Both the position numbers and the translations under genes were made by a program. Below the pieces are notes generated by a model that saw only the letters and a program-made list of their open reading frames with translations, did not search any database and was not told where the DNA came from. A stretch of DNA of 64,000 nt. Source: Chrysomallon squamiferum. Lineage: Eukaryota > Animalia > Mollusca. How positions within the stretch are numbered: the stretch's first letter is position 1; the number at the start of each line of letters is the position of its first letter. Positions 1 to 13,864 of this stretch are shown here, piece by piece. Location of the stretch: NCBI GenBank assembly GCA_012295275.1, contig CM022669.1, positions 7,192,001 through 7,256,000 of the forward strand, read 5' to 3'.

Positions 1-3000
1 ATATTTGGCTCTTTACTCTACAAAATCTCAGCTGTAGATTCAGTTGCAATGATACAGTTTCAAAGTAGAAAGAACGTAAGTTGACACCAGAAATCAGTGT
101 ACCAGTAGCATCACTACATAACTGAATTTCTTGATTGTGTTGTAAACAGATGTTGTAATTGATGCTGATGCTACATCGACATGCATGATTTTGTTAAATG
201 TGTAAATTACATAATTTTCATTTGCTGGTCAGTAGTCAGTTGTTCATTTTTTTAACTGTTGCAGTGAATAACTGTCCAGTATGGTGAGCAAATGTTCTAG
301 CACCATAAATATGAACCATTGATATAAAATGTAATGTAATGCAGTGGTAAATGTTTGTAAATAAATAAATAGTTTTATTCTAATAAATGAAGAAATTTAA
401 AATATGCCATCTGAAATATCATTTTGTGAATTACTTGCAGAGATAACTCAAGATTATTGAGTTGGCTAAAAAACAAAAAGAATCAAACAAAAATGCCCCA
501 CATAAACCACAAAGAAACAAAACAAATCAAAACAACATTAACAAAGTTAAACTTTACTTAAATAAGGAAAAAAATAAGCAAGGAAACAGAAAAATAAATG
601 AAACTGAAGGAAAATTGTATTAATAAAAAAGCAAAAAGAAAATAACATTATTTTTAGACTAAATTATTTTATTCTGCACCAAAACTATATTGCTATTATT
701 CTACTGATACTAGAGTTTACACCAAAGCTCTAATAATTTAGTTACAACAAACACATTCAAACATTATTATCAGGGTTAAATTAAATGAAGACCAATTGTT
801 AAAAATCCAGGAGTTGAAGAACTCCCAAAAAGATGCATCAATAAAATAGATTATACACTGTCTTGTAAGCTTTCTGCTTGTAACTGATTCTATTCAATGC
901 CTTTGGATAATATTATTCTTTGTTGTTTATCACCAAATCTGGGCATTACACAAAACAGATTTGGTTAATTTGATTTTGATAAGAAAAAGCATTTAAACAG
1001 CTGGTATCACATGGCTAAATTTAAATCTGATTACAATAATTCTGCACACTACAAGCATGAAAAGTTTATTCAATAATAATGAATATTTAGAAGGCTAGAT
1101 CTTTTTGAACAAAACAAAAATTTGTTTCAATTCTATGAATAAATAAGAAAAAATAGACAGACAAATCTAAAACTAAAGAAATTAGCCATCTGCTTTATAG
1201 CAAGTAACTATACTGATTGTCATACAAATTAATATATTCAGCACAATAATAATTTAAAATGCAGTACTGTGTGTAATTTATTACATAAAACCTATAAAAT
1301 ATAGGATGATTAACAAGCAATGTTAAGTAATGAAAAAATCCCTCTGTGATTATAACAATTTCTTCATGCTTGCTTAGACTGTTGGCTTTGTTGAGATACA
1401 AAAATTTATTTTCGAAATGTCAATATCTTTGTTTTCTTATATAATTTGAAACTAAATGTGTCACTGTTGAATACTGGGTTATGTACAAATATAAGGATCA
1501 ACATAAAATGATAAGCAATTTGTTAATTTCATTAAACTGTGATACTTTTATTTTTGCACATCTCGTTAAACTATGTTTTAATTTTCTTTTCAATTTCTAT
1601 ATATAAAGTAACCATCACTTTGTTGTATTTGGTTTGACACCCAATAGCTGATATGTTTTTCATACTGGGTGTCATTAAATATTCATTCACTCACTCATTC
1701 CATTAGATAACAGTGCTACTTCAGAGTGTAATGTAACTAATATTTCATGATATTTAGAAATATTAGTAATAACTTGAGGTTTGTTATTCAGTAAATACAA
1801 GACATGACAGCTAAATCACAAAATAATATCCAGCAAGCGATAAAAAATATCAATAAGTTCTTGTGTTATTAAAGAAAACGATTCTTTTTTCATGTTATAT
1901 GATAATACATATTTTAGATTTCACCTCATCACACTCTCGCATTCTTCTTTCCCTGAAAAAAAATACAGAGTAAATTAAATAACTATTTTTAAAAACAGAC
2001 CATAAAGAACTGTTAAGAAATATTACTATAAAACTGAGGTTTTATAAAAGTGGTTGTTATGAGATCTTTACAAAGTGAAATAAAATGTAACGTTATTTAA
2101 GACCTTTCAGAAGCATCCTCATCCTGTTCTTCTGGTTTATTTTCTGACATTTCCGTCTCTACCTGACTGGCTGCTTTGATCTCATCTTCTTCAAGTTGTG
2201 AAAAAACAAGCAAACAATAAAAACATTCAAGGTTTCTTACATTAATGATTTACAAGCAGATTACTTATGCCATTATTTATCTCAATTAATAAATTATTTA
2301 TAACAATAAAAACATGAATAGTTATTGGTAAACTAAGTTATTGCAATAGCATTAGTTAGTATTTTCTACCACCTATATACTACACACCTTTTTTTATCAG
2401 CATAATACATAAACTGCCTGTCCCTTGTGAAAATAAAGAAAACAGATACATTGTTTTAGGTACTCATGTTATCAGATACTGGCTGGAATATCAAATGACC
2501 AAGAAGGATTCATTCCAGTATTCTCTATCTTAAGCTCAGAAAATTACATTTCGAGTTTCTCATTAAGCACTAAATATTAATGAGTTAGATGATCTTTTTT
2601 TTTGGGGGGGGGGGGTTGGTTGGTTTTGCCACGTGATTGATTTATCTACTGATTATTTTTGTCATAATTTTTCTTGACTAATAAGTTATTTCTATTATTA
2701 GTTACATATAATATCAGTCAGAATTCAGAAGCATCATTACATTACCTTTTGTTGATTAGCATAAAATATTTAATGAGCAATATGATTAATTATTACCTTC
2801 TGAAATCACTCAGCTCAAAGAAATTGTTTGGATATGAATTTAGTATCTTCTGTTAATATGTTCCATTCTTAAATTCACTGATGCAGGTACAAAACGATGA
2901 TAGACAGCATAGCAGCAATGTTAAGCAATGAAAGGTTTAAATTTACCTTTGTCGTTTTCCATTTGCTGACCAGAAGAACCTTTAATACTACATGGAGACT

Positions 3001-4653
3001 TTCTGAAAAACAAAAGAAATAAAAAATCAGACGACGTTAGTCTGAGCATCCATTGCTGAGAACAGCTGACAGACCACTAGATGAGTATCAGTGGAGAACC
3101 AGTGATTTCCATCCAAATTTGTGTTTGTGCTGTTCTCAGAGTGATGTTTGACCCTGATTATTTTCAGTGACATATACGTTATGTTTATAAAAGGTACACA
3201 ATTGAGTATTACGATTCTAATTTCACTGTAGCTTAATGTTTGTGACAGACAGAGAAAATATAAAGCTTTGACGTGTGTCTGCAGTAGTCATTTTGTCATT
3301 TTCACTTTCAGATGTTTGTTTTGATTTATTCGTATGTTGGACTTTCAGAGGCTGTGTCAGATTTTGAGTACTCCTGTAGCCTGTATTGTACAGAAAATAT
3401 TTAAAATTAAATAAATATCTATACCTTGATTCCTCTGCAGTATGAGAATGTGAATCTGATTTTTGTGATGAAGGATGATGTACCTAACACACACAAACAA
3501 TAATTATTTTTAGTTTAATTAACAGCATATTTACTGTCACAATTAATCAATTTTTATCATCAGTTAAATTGCATTTACTTCCTGAATTAAAACAATTTAA
3601 AATAAAATAGAATGAAAAAGGATTTGAAAATAACAAATATAAAAAATAGTGTTATCGTTGCAAGTTCTGATAAAGTCAAATTTTGTTAATTATATGCTTC
3701 TAAAATAGTTTACTTTTTTAGTTTCTGAAAGTGTTTGCATTACTTGAGCTGCAGTTGCAGACTGAGATTCTTGAGGTGGTCTGTTTGAAGAGATTTGATG
3801 TTCTGACTCTGGCGTCTCATTCTTAATTTCTAGAAGGAAAAAACAGAACATTTTGATAAATATATTTCTCATTGCAATTAGTATGTCATTCCAGATTTAA
3901 TTTTCTTTTTTCCACTTTAAAAAAGAGTTTTAATTTTTTTTAATAATTACATTTTCATCATCATCATCATTACAGGTGTTCTCCTGGGTTATGTGATGTA
4001 ACCTGTCTGGAACTGAGGGAGGTTTAGAAAATATTTTTATTTTTTATATTCTTATTACTTCCTGTGCTCAGATAGATTGCAAATTAAAGCCTTTTTATCT
4101 TTATATCCACTGGCAATTTAAATACTGATTACAATATGAACAAAAAACACATATAAACAAGAATCCTTACGATTACCTTTATCTTTTTCTCCATCCTGCT
4201 TGTTACGTGTATCATCTTTATTGACAGGATTTCCTTCTTGTGTTGGTCTGACATCAATTAAAAAAGAAACACTTATTAACAACAAACTGAATATTTTTTT
4301 CACATCTGCTATGGAATAAAAAACCACAATCCTGCAACAACAAATAATAACAAAGAAAAGATAAATAAATATTTAAAAAAAAAAAAATTTTTTTTTTTTA
4401 AAACTCCTCCCCCCCCCAAAGAAACAACATCTGTCAAGTTTTATTTGAATTATACAAATAATATTTCTTAATGTTCCTTTGTTTTTCAAAGATCACTTGT
4501 TGGTAAATGGAGTGGTAAATGAAGAAAAGAAGACTGATGATGAAATTCAGGATAAGTCAAAGTTCTGGATGGAGGCTTTTTTATACTTCTGTAAAATATA
4601 CATTTTATTCAACATATTTTTTGTTGTTATTATCCTTTGTTTAAAAATACTGT

Positions 4654-4719
<66 letters not shown>

Positions 4720-5103
4720 AAGTAATTCTTTACATTTCACACATCACATTGTGTTAGTTTCAGATGTAAATATATTATTATATTAAAGAACAAACAAGAG
4801 AGAATTATATATCTATATTACTATTTATGTATCTGTCTGTCTGTCTATATATATCTATCTATCTCTATCTATCTTTCTATATATAGGGATGTTGTCTTGT
4901 TTACGTGTTATTTCTTTACAAACAGATTTCTAAAAGAAGAATAACTTACTCTGTCTGTTCTTTTTCATCACTTGTGGAAGGTTTCTCAGTACTGTAAGCA
5001 TGTAGAAAATAATATATAATTATATGCATTCTTGAAATGTTTCATATCACTCCTATTGTACATGATAAGAACAGGAGTTACCCACCTTGATTCTTTAAAT
5101 ACA

Positions 5104-5138
<35 letters not shown>

Positions 5139-5300
5139 GTCTTGTGTATAATTTGTTCCTTTACTGGAGTGAAACAAATTATTAGTTAATTTATCATTTA
5201 ACTATTTTTCTTTCTTTGTTCTTGTGTCCTTAAGTTGCAAAGATCATATGTACAAGACAAGTTGGATATATTTTAATAACAAAGTTATAAAACAATAAAG
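1..5300. repeat. Segmental duplication, copy of ~38431-43500 (offset ~38.4 kb)
   Basis: Position 1 (atatttggctctttactctac…) recurs at 38431, and colinear high identity continues through the 3' flank and tail exons. The duplication probably extends left of the window. Confidence 0.95.
1895..4247 (-). CDS. C-terminal exons of TTC24-like locus A ending in CaaX (…EVKSKICIII*)
   Basis: Exons 4171-4247, 3714-3829, 3425-3483, 2947-3002, 2104-2188, 1895-1952. Phases 2-1-0-2-1-2 join perfectly, and the first five exons have the same lengths as in paralog B. Splice sites of 2104-2188 are weak. Confidence 0.72.
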
Positions 5301-7110
5301 TAACAAGACAAACTGTTGCTTGACTATCAACAATATTTATATTTGCAACTGATTCATATAAAATGAGAAACCAAAACATGGTTTTGTTTTGAATGGAGAG
5401 TCAACATAGGTGAAAATGAAGATGTACAACTATTAAAAGAACATATACCATTTACAAAGTAATTCTTTACATTTACACACTGAATTTATATTAGTTTCAG
5501 AAGTAAATATATTATTATAAAATACTGCAAAATGAACACCTTCAGTTATTAGAGAATATAAATAATAAATAAAATACACCAAAGCAAAAATAAAAACAAA
5601 AAAATCTCGTTTAGAAAGTAATTCTTTGCATTTCACACATTCAGCTGTTAGTTTCAGATGTAAATATGTTATCATAAAATACTGTAAGATAAACTTCTCT
5701 GATTACTAAAACAAAATACACACTTCATACAACATATTTCTTGTTGATGTTGTCTCATTTTTATAAAGTACTGCTAATATATATAGAAGTAGTTTTTGAT
5801 TGTGTGTGTGTAACTCTCTCTGTCTATCTTTACATATATATATCTGGATCTTGTCTTGTGTATGTGTTCTTTCTTTACTTACTCTCTCTGTTCTTCTGCA
5901 TCACTTGCAGACGCTTCTTCAGTACTGTAAGCACAGACAAAATAAAATATAATTATATGCATTTATGAAAGGTTTCATATTACACCTTGTTCCTTTACAT
6001 AGAAGTGGAGATAAGAACAAGACTTACCCACCTTGATTCTTTATGTACAATGTGTATGCATGTGTTTGCGTGTGTCTGTGTGTATGTGTTGTCTTGTGTA
6101 TAGTTTGTTCCTTTAGTGGAGTGAAAACAATTGTAATAATTCATTGTTAAAAAACAAATGATTAGTTAATTTATCATTTGACTATTTTTCTTTCTTTTCT
6201 GTTGTGTGCTCAAGTTGCAAAGATATGTACAAGACAAGTTGGATGTATTTTAATAACAAAGTGATAAAACAATAAAGTAACAATACAAACTGTTGCTTGA
6301 CTATGAACAGTATTTATATTAGCAACCGATTTATATAAAATAAGAAACCAAAACATGGTTTTGTTTTGATTGGAGAGTCAACTTAGGTGAAAATGAAGAT
6401 GTACAACTATTAAAAAAAAATATACTATTTACAAAGTAATTCTTTACATTTACACACTGAACTTATATTAGTTTCAGATGTAAATATGTTAGTATACAAA
6501 TACTGCCATTTGAACACCTTCAGTTATTAGAGAATATAAATAATAAATAAAATACACCAAAGAAAAATAAAAACAAGAAAATCTCATTTAGAAAGTAATT
6601 CTTTGCATTTCACATTCAACTAATGTTAGTTTCAGAAGTAAATATGTTATTATAAAATACTGTAAGATGAACTCCTCTGATTACTAAAACTACAACACAC
6701 TTCATTCAACATATTTCTTGTTGATGTTGTCTCATTTTTTAAAATACTTCTAATGTATATAGAAGTAATTTTTGATGTGTGTGTGTCTGTGTGTGGGTGC
6801 ACATGTCTGTCTCTCTTTCTGTCTAGCTGTAAGTATATATATATATAGATAGATAGGTAGATTGATAGATAGATAGATCGATATGGATGTTGTCTTGTGT
6901 ATGTGTTCTTTGTTTACTTACTCTGTCTGTTCTTCTGCATCACATGCATAAGCTACTTCAGTACTGTAAGCACACATAAAATCAAATATAATTATATGCA
7001 TTTATGAAATTTTTCATATTACACTTTCTTCCTTTACACAGAACTGGAGGTAAGACCAAGAGTTACCCACCTTGATTCTTTATGTACAATGTGGCATGTA
7101 TTTGTGTGTG

Positions 7111-7155
<45 letters not shown>

Positions 7156-7818
7156 TGTCTTGTATATATTTTGGAGTGATAAAAATTGTAATAATTCATT
7201 GTTAAAAAGTAAATTATTAGTTAATTTATCATTTCACTATTTTTCTTTCTTTTCTATTGTGTGCTCAAGTTGCAAAGATCATATGTACATGACAAACTGG
7301 ATATACTTTAATAACAAAGTTATAAAACAATAAAGTAACTAGACAAACTGTTGCTTGACTATCAACAATATTTATATTTGCAACTGATTCATATAAAATG
7401 AGAAACCAAAACAACTATTAAAAGAACATATACCATTTACAAAGTAATTCTTTACATTTACACACTGAACTGATATTAGTGTCAGAAGTAAATATGTTAT
7501 TATAAAATACTGCAAAATGAACACATTCAATTATTAGAGAACATAAAAAATAAATAAAATACACCAAAGCAAAAATAAAAACAAGAAAATCTCATTTAGA
7601 AAGTAATTCTTTGCATTTCACACATTCAGCTGTTAGTTTCAGATGTAAATATGTTATTATAAAATACTGTAAGATGAACTTCTCTGATTACTAAAACAAA
7701 ATACACACTTCATTCAACATATTTCTTGTTGATGTCTCATTTTTATAAAGTACTCCTAATGTATATAGAAGTAATTTTTGATTGTGTGTGTGTGTCACTC
7801 TCTCTCTCTGTCTATCTT

Positions 7819-7849
<31 letters not shown>

Positions 7850-9131
7850 GGATGTTGTCTTGTGTATGTGTTCTTTCTTTACTTACTCTCTCTGTTCTTC
7901 TGCATCACTTGCAGAAGCTACTTCAGTACTGTAAGCACACACAAAATAAAATATAATTATATGCATTTATGAAAGGTTTCATATTACACATTGTTCCTTT
8001 ACATAGAAGTGGAGATGAGAACAAAAGTTACCCACCTTGATTCTTTATGTACAATGTGTATGCATGTGTTTGCGTGTGTCTGTGTGTATGTGTTGTCTTG
8101 TGTATAGTTTGTTCCTTTAGTGGAGTGATAACAATTGTAATAATTCATTGTTAAAAACAAATGATTAGTTAATTTATCATTTGACTATTTTTCTTTCTTT
8201 TCTGTTGTGTGCTCAAGTTACAAAGATATGTACAAGACAAGTTGGATGTATTTTAATAACAAAGTGATAAAACAATAAAGTAACAATACAAACTGTTGCT
8301 TGACTATGAACAGTATTTATATTAGCAACCGATTTATATAAAATAAGAAACGAAAACATGATTTTGTTTTGATTGGAGAGTCAACTTACGTGAAAATGAA
8401 GATGTACAACTATTAAAAAAAATATACCATTTACAAAGTAATTCTTTACATTTACACACAGAACTTATATTAGTTTCAGATGTAAATATGTTAGTATAAA
8501 AATACTGCCATTTGAACACCTTCAGTTATTAGAGAATATAAATAATAAATAAAATACACCAAAGAAAAATAAAAACAAGAACATCTCATTTAGAAAGTAA
8601 TTCTTTGCATTTCACACATTCAACTAATGTTAGTTTCAGATGTAAATATGTTATTATAAAATACTGTAAGATGAACTCCTCTGATTACTAAAAAAACAAC
8701 AATCTTCATTCAACATATTTCTTGTTGATGTTGTCTCATATTTTAAAATACTTCTAATGTATATAGAAGTAATTTTTTATGTGTGTGTGTGTGTGGGTGC
8801 ACATGTGTGTCTCTCTTTGTGTCTAGCTGTAAGTGTATATATATATTTATAGATAGATAGATAGATAGATAGCTTGATAGATAGATAGATCGATATGGAT
8901 GTTGTCTTGTGTATGTGTTCTTTGTTTACTTACTCTGTCTGTTCTTCTGCATCACATGCATAAGCTACTTCAGTACTGTAAGCACACATAAAATAAAATA
9001 TAACTATATGCATTTATGAAATTTTTCATATTACACTTTGTTCCTTTACACAGAACTGGAGGTAAGAACAAGAGTTACCCATCTTGATTCTTTATGTACA
9101 ATGTGGCATGTATTTGAGTGTGTGTGTGTTT

Positions 9132-9173
<42 letters not shown>

Positions 9174-9912
9174 TGTCTTGTATATATTTTGGAGTGATAA
9201 AAATTGTAATAATTCATTGTTAAAAAGTAAATTATTAGTTAATTTATCATTTCATTATTTTTCTTTCTTTTCTATTGTGTGCTCAAGTTGCAAAGATCAT
9301 ATGTACATGAGAAGCTGGATATATTTTAACAACAAAGTTATAAAACAATAAAGTAACAAGACAAACTGTTGCTTGACTATCAACAGTATTTATATTAGCA
9401 ACCGATTTATATAAAATAAGAAACCAAAACATGGTTTTGTTTTGATTGGAGAGTCAACTTAGGTGAAAATGAAGATGTACAACTATTAAAAAGAATATAC
9501 CATTTACAAAGTAATTCTTTACATTTACACACTGAACTTATATTAGTTTCAGATGTAAATATGTTAGTATAAAAATACTGCCATTTGAACACCTTCAGTT
9601 ATTAGAGAATATAAATAATAAATAAAATACACCAAAGAAAAATAAAAACAAGAAAATCTCATTTAGAAAGTAATTCTTTGCATTTCACACATTCAGCTGT
9701 TAGTTTCAGATGTAAATATGTTATTATAAAATACTGTAAGATGAACTCCTCTGATTACTAAAAAAACAACAATCTTTATTCAACATATTTCTTGTTGATA
9801 TTGTCTCATATTTTAAAATACTTCTAATGTATATATAAGTAATTTTTGATGTATGTGTGTGTGTGTGGGTGCACACGTGTGTCTCTCTCTGTGTCTAGCT
9901 GTAAGTGTATAT

Positions 9913-9945
<33 letters not shown>

Positions 9946-10187
9946 TATGGATGTTGTCTTGTATATGTGTTCTTTCTTTTCTTACTCTGTCTGTTCTTCT
10001 GTATCACTTGCATAAGCTTCTTCAGTACTGTTAACAAACATAAAATAAAATATAATTATATGCATTTATGAAATGTTTCAAATTACACTTTGTTCCTTTA
10101 CACAGAACTGGAGATAAGAACAAGAGTTACCCACCTTGATTCTTGATGTACAGTGTGGCATGTATTTGAGTGTGTGTCTGTTTGTGG

Positions 10188-10242
<55 letters not shown>

Positions 10243-11517
10243 TTGTCTTGTATATATTTTGGAGTGATAAAAATTGTAATAATTCATTGTTAAAAAGTAA
10301 ATTATTAGTGAATTTATCATTTCACTATTTTTCTTTCTTTTCTATTGTGTGCTCAAGTTGCAAAGATCATATGTACATGACAAACTGGATATATTTTAAT
10401 AAAAAAGTTATAAAACAATAAAATAACAAGAGAAACTGTTGCTTGACTATCAACAATATTTATATTTGTATCTGATTCATATAAAATGAGAAACCAAAAC
10501 ATGGTTTTGTTTTGAATGGAGAGTCAACATAGGTGAAAATGAAGATGTACAACTATTAAAAGAACATATACCATTTACAAAGTAATTCTTTACATTTACA
10601 CACTGAATTTATATTAGTTTCAGAAGTAAATATATTATTATAAAATACTGCAAAATGAACACCTTCAATTATTAGAGAACATAAAAAATAAATAAAATAC
10701 ACCAAAGCAAAAATAAAAACAAAAAAATCTCGTTTAGAAAGTAATTCTTTGCATTTCACACATTCAGCTGTTAGTTTCAGATGTAAATATGTTATTATAA
10801 AATACTGTAAGATGAACTTCTCTGATTACTAAAACAAAATACACACTTCATTCAACATATTTCTTGTTGATGTTGTCTCATTTTTATAAAGTACTGCTAA
10901 TGTATATAGAAGTAATTTTTGATTGTGTGTGTGTCACTCTCTCTCTGTCTATCTTTACATATATATATATATATATATATATATGGATGTTGTCTTGTGT
11001 ATGTGTTCTTTCTTTACTTACTCTCTCTGTTCTTCTGCATCACTTGCAGAAGCTTCTTCAGTACTGTAAGGACACACACAATAAAATATAATTATATACA
11101 TTTATGAAAGGTTTCATATTACACATTGTTCCTTTACATAGAAGTGGAGATATGAACAAGAGTTACCCATCTTTATTCTTTATGTACAATGTGTATACAT
11201 GTGTTTGCGTGTGTCTGTGTGTATAATAAATAAAATACACCAAAGAAAAATAAAAACAAGAAAATCTCATTTAGAAAGTAATTCTTTGCTTTTTACACAT
11301 TCAACTAATGTTAGTTTCAGATGTAAATATGTTATTATAAAATACTGTAAGATGAACTCCTCTGATTACTAAAAAAACAACAAACTTCATTCAACATATT
11401 ACTTGTTGATGTTGTCTCATTTTTTAAAATACTTCTAATGTATATAGAAGTAATTTTTGATGTGTGTGTGTCTGTGTGTGGGTGCACATGTGCGTCTCTC
11501 TTTCTGTCTAGCAGTAA

Positions 11518-11584
<67 letters not shown>

Positions 11585-11812
11585 TGGATGTTGTCTTGTG
11601 TATGTGTTCTTTCTTTACTTACTCTCTCTGTTCTTCTGTATCACTTGCATAAGCTTCTTCAGTACTGTAAGCACACATAAAATAAAATATAATTATATGC
11701 ATTGATGAAATGTTTCAAATTACACTTTGTTCCTTTACACAGAACGGAAGATAAGAACAAGAGTTACCCACCTTGATTCTTTATGTACAATGTGGCATGT
11801 ATTTGAGTGTGC

Positions 11813-11876
<64 letters not shown>

Positions 11877-12548
11877 GTGTATGTTGTCTTGTATATATTT
11901 TGGAGTGATAAAATTGTAATAATTCATTGTTAAAAAGTAAATTATTAGTTAATTTATCATTTCACTATTTTTCTTTCTTTTCTATTGTGTGCTCAAGTTG
12001 CAAAGATCATATGTACATGACAAACTGGATATACTTTAATAACAAAGTTATAAAACAATAAAGTAACTAGACAAACTGTTGCTTGACTATCAACAATATT
12101 TATATTTGCAACTGATTCATATAAAATGAGAAACCAAAACAACTATTAAAAAAGAACATATACCATTTACAAAGTAATTCTTTACATTTACACACTGAAC
12201 TGATATTAGTGTCAGAAGTAAATATGTTATTATAAAATACTGCAAAATGAACACATTCAATTATTAGAGAACATAAAAAATAAATAAAATACACCAAAGC
12301 AAAAATAAAAACAAGAAAATCTCATTTAGAAAGTAATTCTTTGCATTTCACACATTCAGCTGTTAGTTTCAGATGTAAATATGTTATTATAAAATACTGT
12401 AAGATGAACTTCTCTGATTACTAAAACAAAATACACACTTCATTCAACATATTTCTTGTTGATGTCTCATTTTTATAAAGTACTCCTAATGTATATAGAA
12501 GTAATTTTTGATTGTGTGTGTGTGTCACTCTCTCTCTCTGTCTATCTT

Positions 12549-12579
<31 letters not shown>

Positions 12580-13570
12580 GGATGTTGTCTTGTGTATGTG
12601 TTCTTTCTTTACTTACTCTCTCTGTTCTTCTGCATCACTTGCAGAAGCTACTTCAGTACTGTAAGCACACACAAAATAAAATATAATTATATGCATTTAT
12701 GAAAGGTTTCATATTACACATTGTTCCTTTACATAGAAGTGGAGATGAGAACAAAAGTTACCCACCTTGATTCTTTATGTACAATGTGTATGCATGTGTT
12801 TGCGTCTGTCTGTGTGTATGTGTTGTCTTGTGTATAGTTTGTTCCTTTAGTGGAGTGATAACAATTGTAATAATTCATTGTTAAAAAACAAATGATTAGT
12901 TAATTTATCATTTGACTATTTTTCTTTCTTTTCTGTTGTGTGCTCAAGTTACAAAGATATGTACAAGACAAGGTGGATGTATTTTAATAACAAAGTGATA
13001 AAACAATAAAGTAACAATACAAACTGTTGCTTGACTATGAACAGTATTTATATTAGCAACCGATTTATATAAAATAAGAAACGAAAACATGATTTTGTTT
13101 TGATTGGAGAGTCAACTTACGTGAAAATGAAGATGTACAACTATTAAAAAAATATACCATTTACAAAGTAATTCTTTACATTTACACACAGAACTTATAT
13201 TAGTTTCAGATGTAAATATGTTAGTATAAAAATACTGCCATTTGAACACCTTCAGTTATTAGAGAATATAAAAAATAAATAAAATACACCAAAGAAAAAT
13301 AAAAACAAGAAAATCTCATTTAGAAAGTAATTCTTTGCATTTCACACATTCAACTAATGTTAGTTTCAGATGTAAATATGTTATTATAAAATACTGTAAG
13401 ATGAACTCCTCTGATTACTAAAAAAACAACAATCTTCATTCAACATATTTCTTGTTGATGTTGTCTCATCTTTTAAAATACTTCTAATGTATATAGAAGT
13501 AATTTTTTATGTGTGTGTGTGTGCGTGCACATGTGTGTCTTTCTTTCTGTCTAGCTGTAAGTATATATAT

Positions 13571-13607
<37 letters not shown>

Positions 13608-13826
13608 TATGGATGTTGTCTTGTGTATGTGTTCTTTCTTTACTTACTCTGTCTGTTCTTCTGTATCACTTGCATAAGCTTCTTCAGTACTGTAAGCACA
13701 CATAAAGTAAAATATAATTATATGCATGTATGAAATGTTTCATATTACACTTTGTTCCTTTACACAGAACTGGAGATAAGAACAAGAGTCACCCATCTTG
13801 ATTCTGTATGTACAATGTGGCATGTA

Positions 13827-13864
<38 letters not shown>

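Noticed and set aside
1195-1401. 68-aa minus-strand ORF duplicated at 39645-39851
   Set aside because: It has a TTG start, lies downstream of the stop codon in AT-rich 3' flank, and is conserved only through recent duplication.
2797-2849. 53-nt AG…GT-bounded segment in a tail intron
   Set aside because: In the required phase it reads into a stop (…KQFL*), and the flanking exons already join in frame without it.
4479-4610. Possible extra exon (minus-strand acceptor ~4589, SIKKPPSRTLTYPEF…DL*) or + strand acidic ORF
   Set aside because: The frame is not conserved in the paralog at ~42985-43070 (1-nt and 12-nt indels). At best a degenerate alternative terminal exon.
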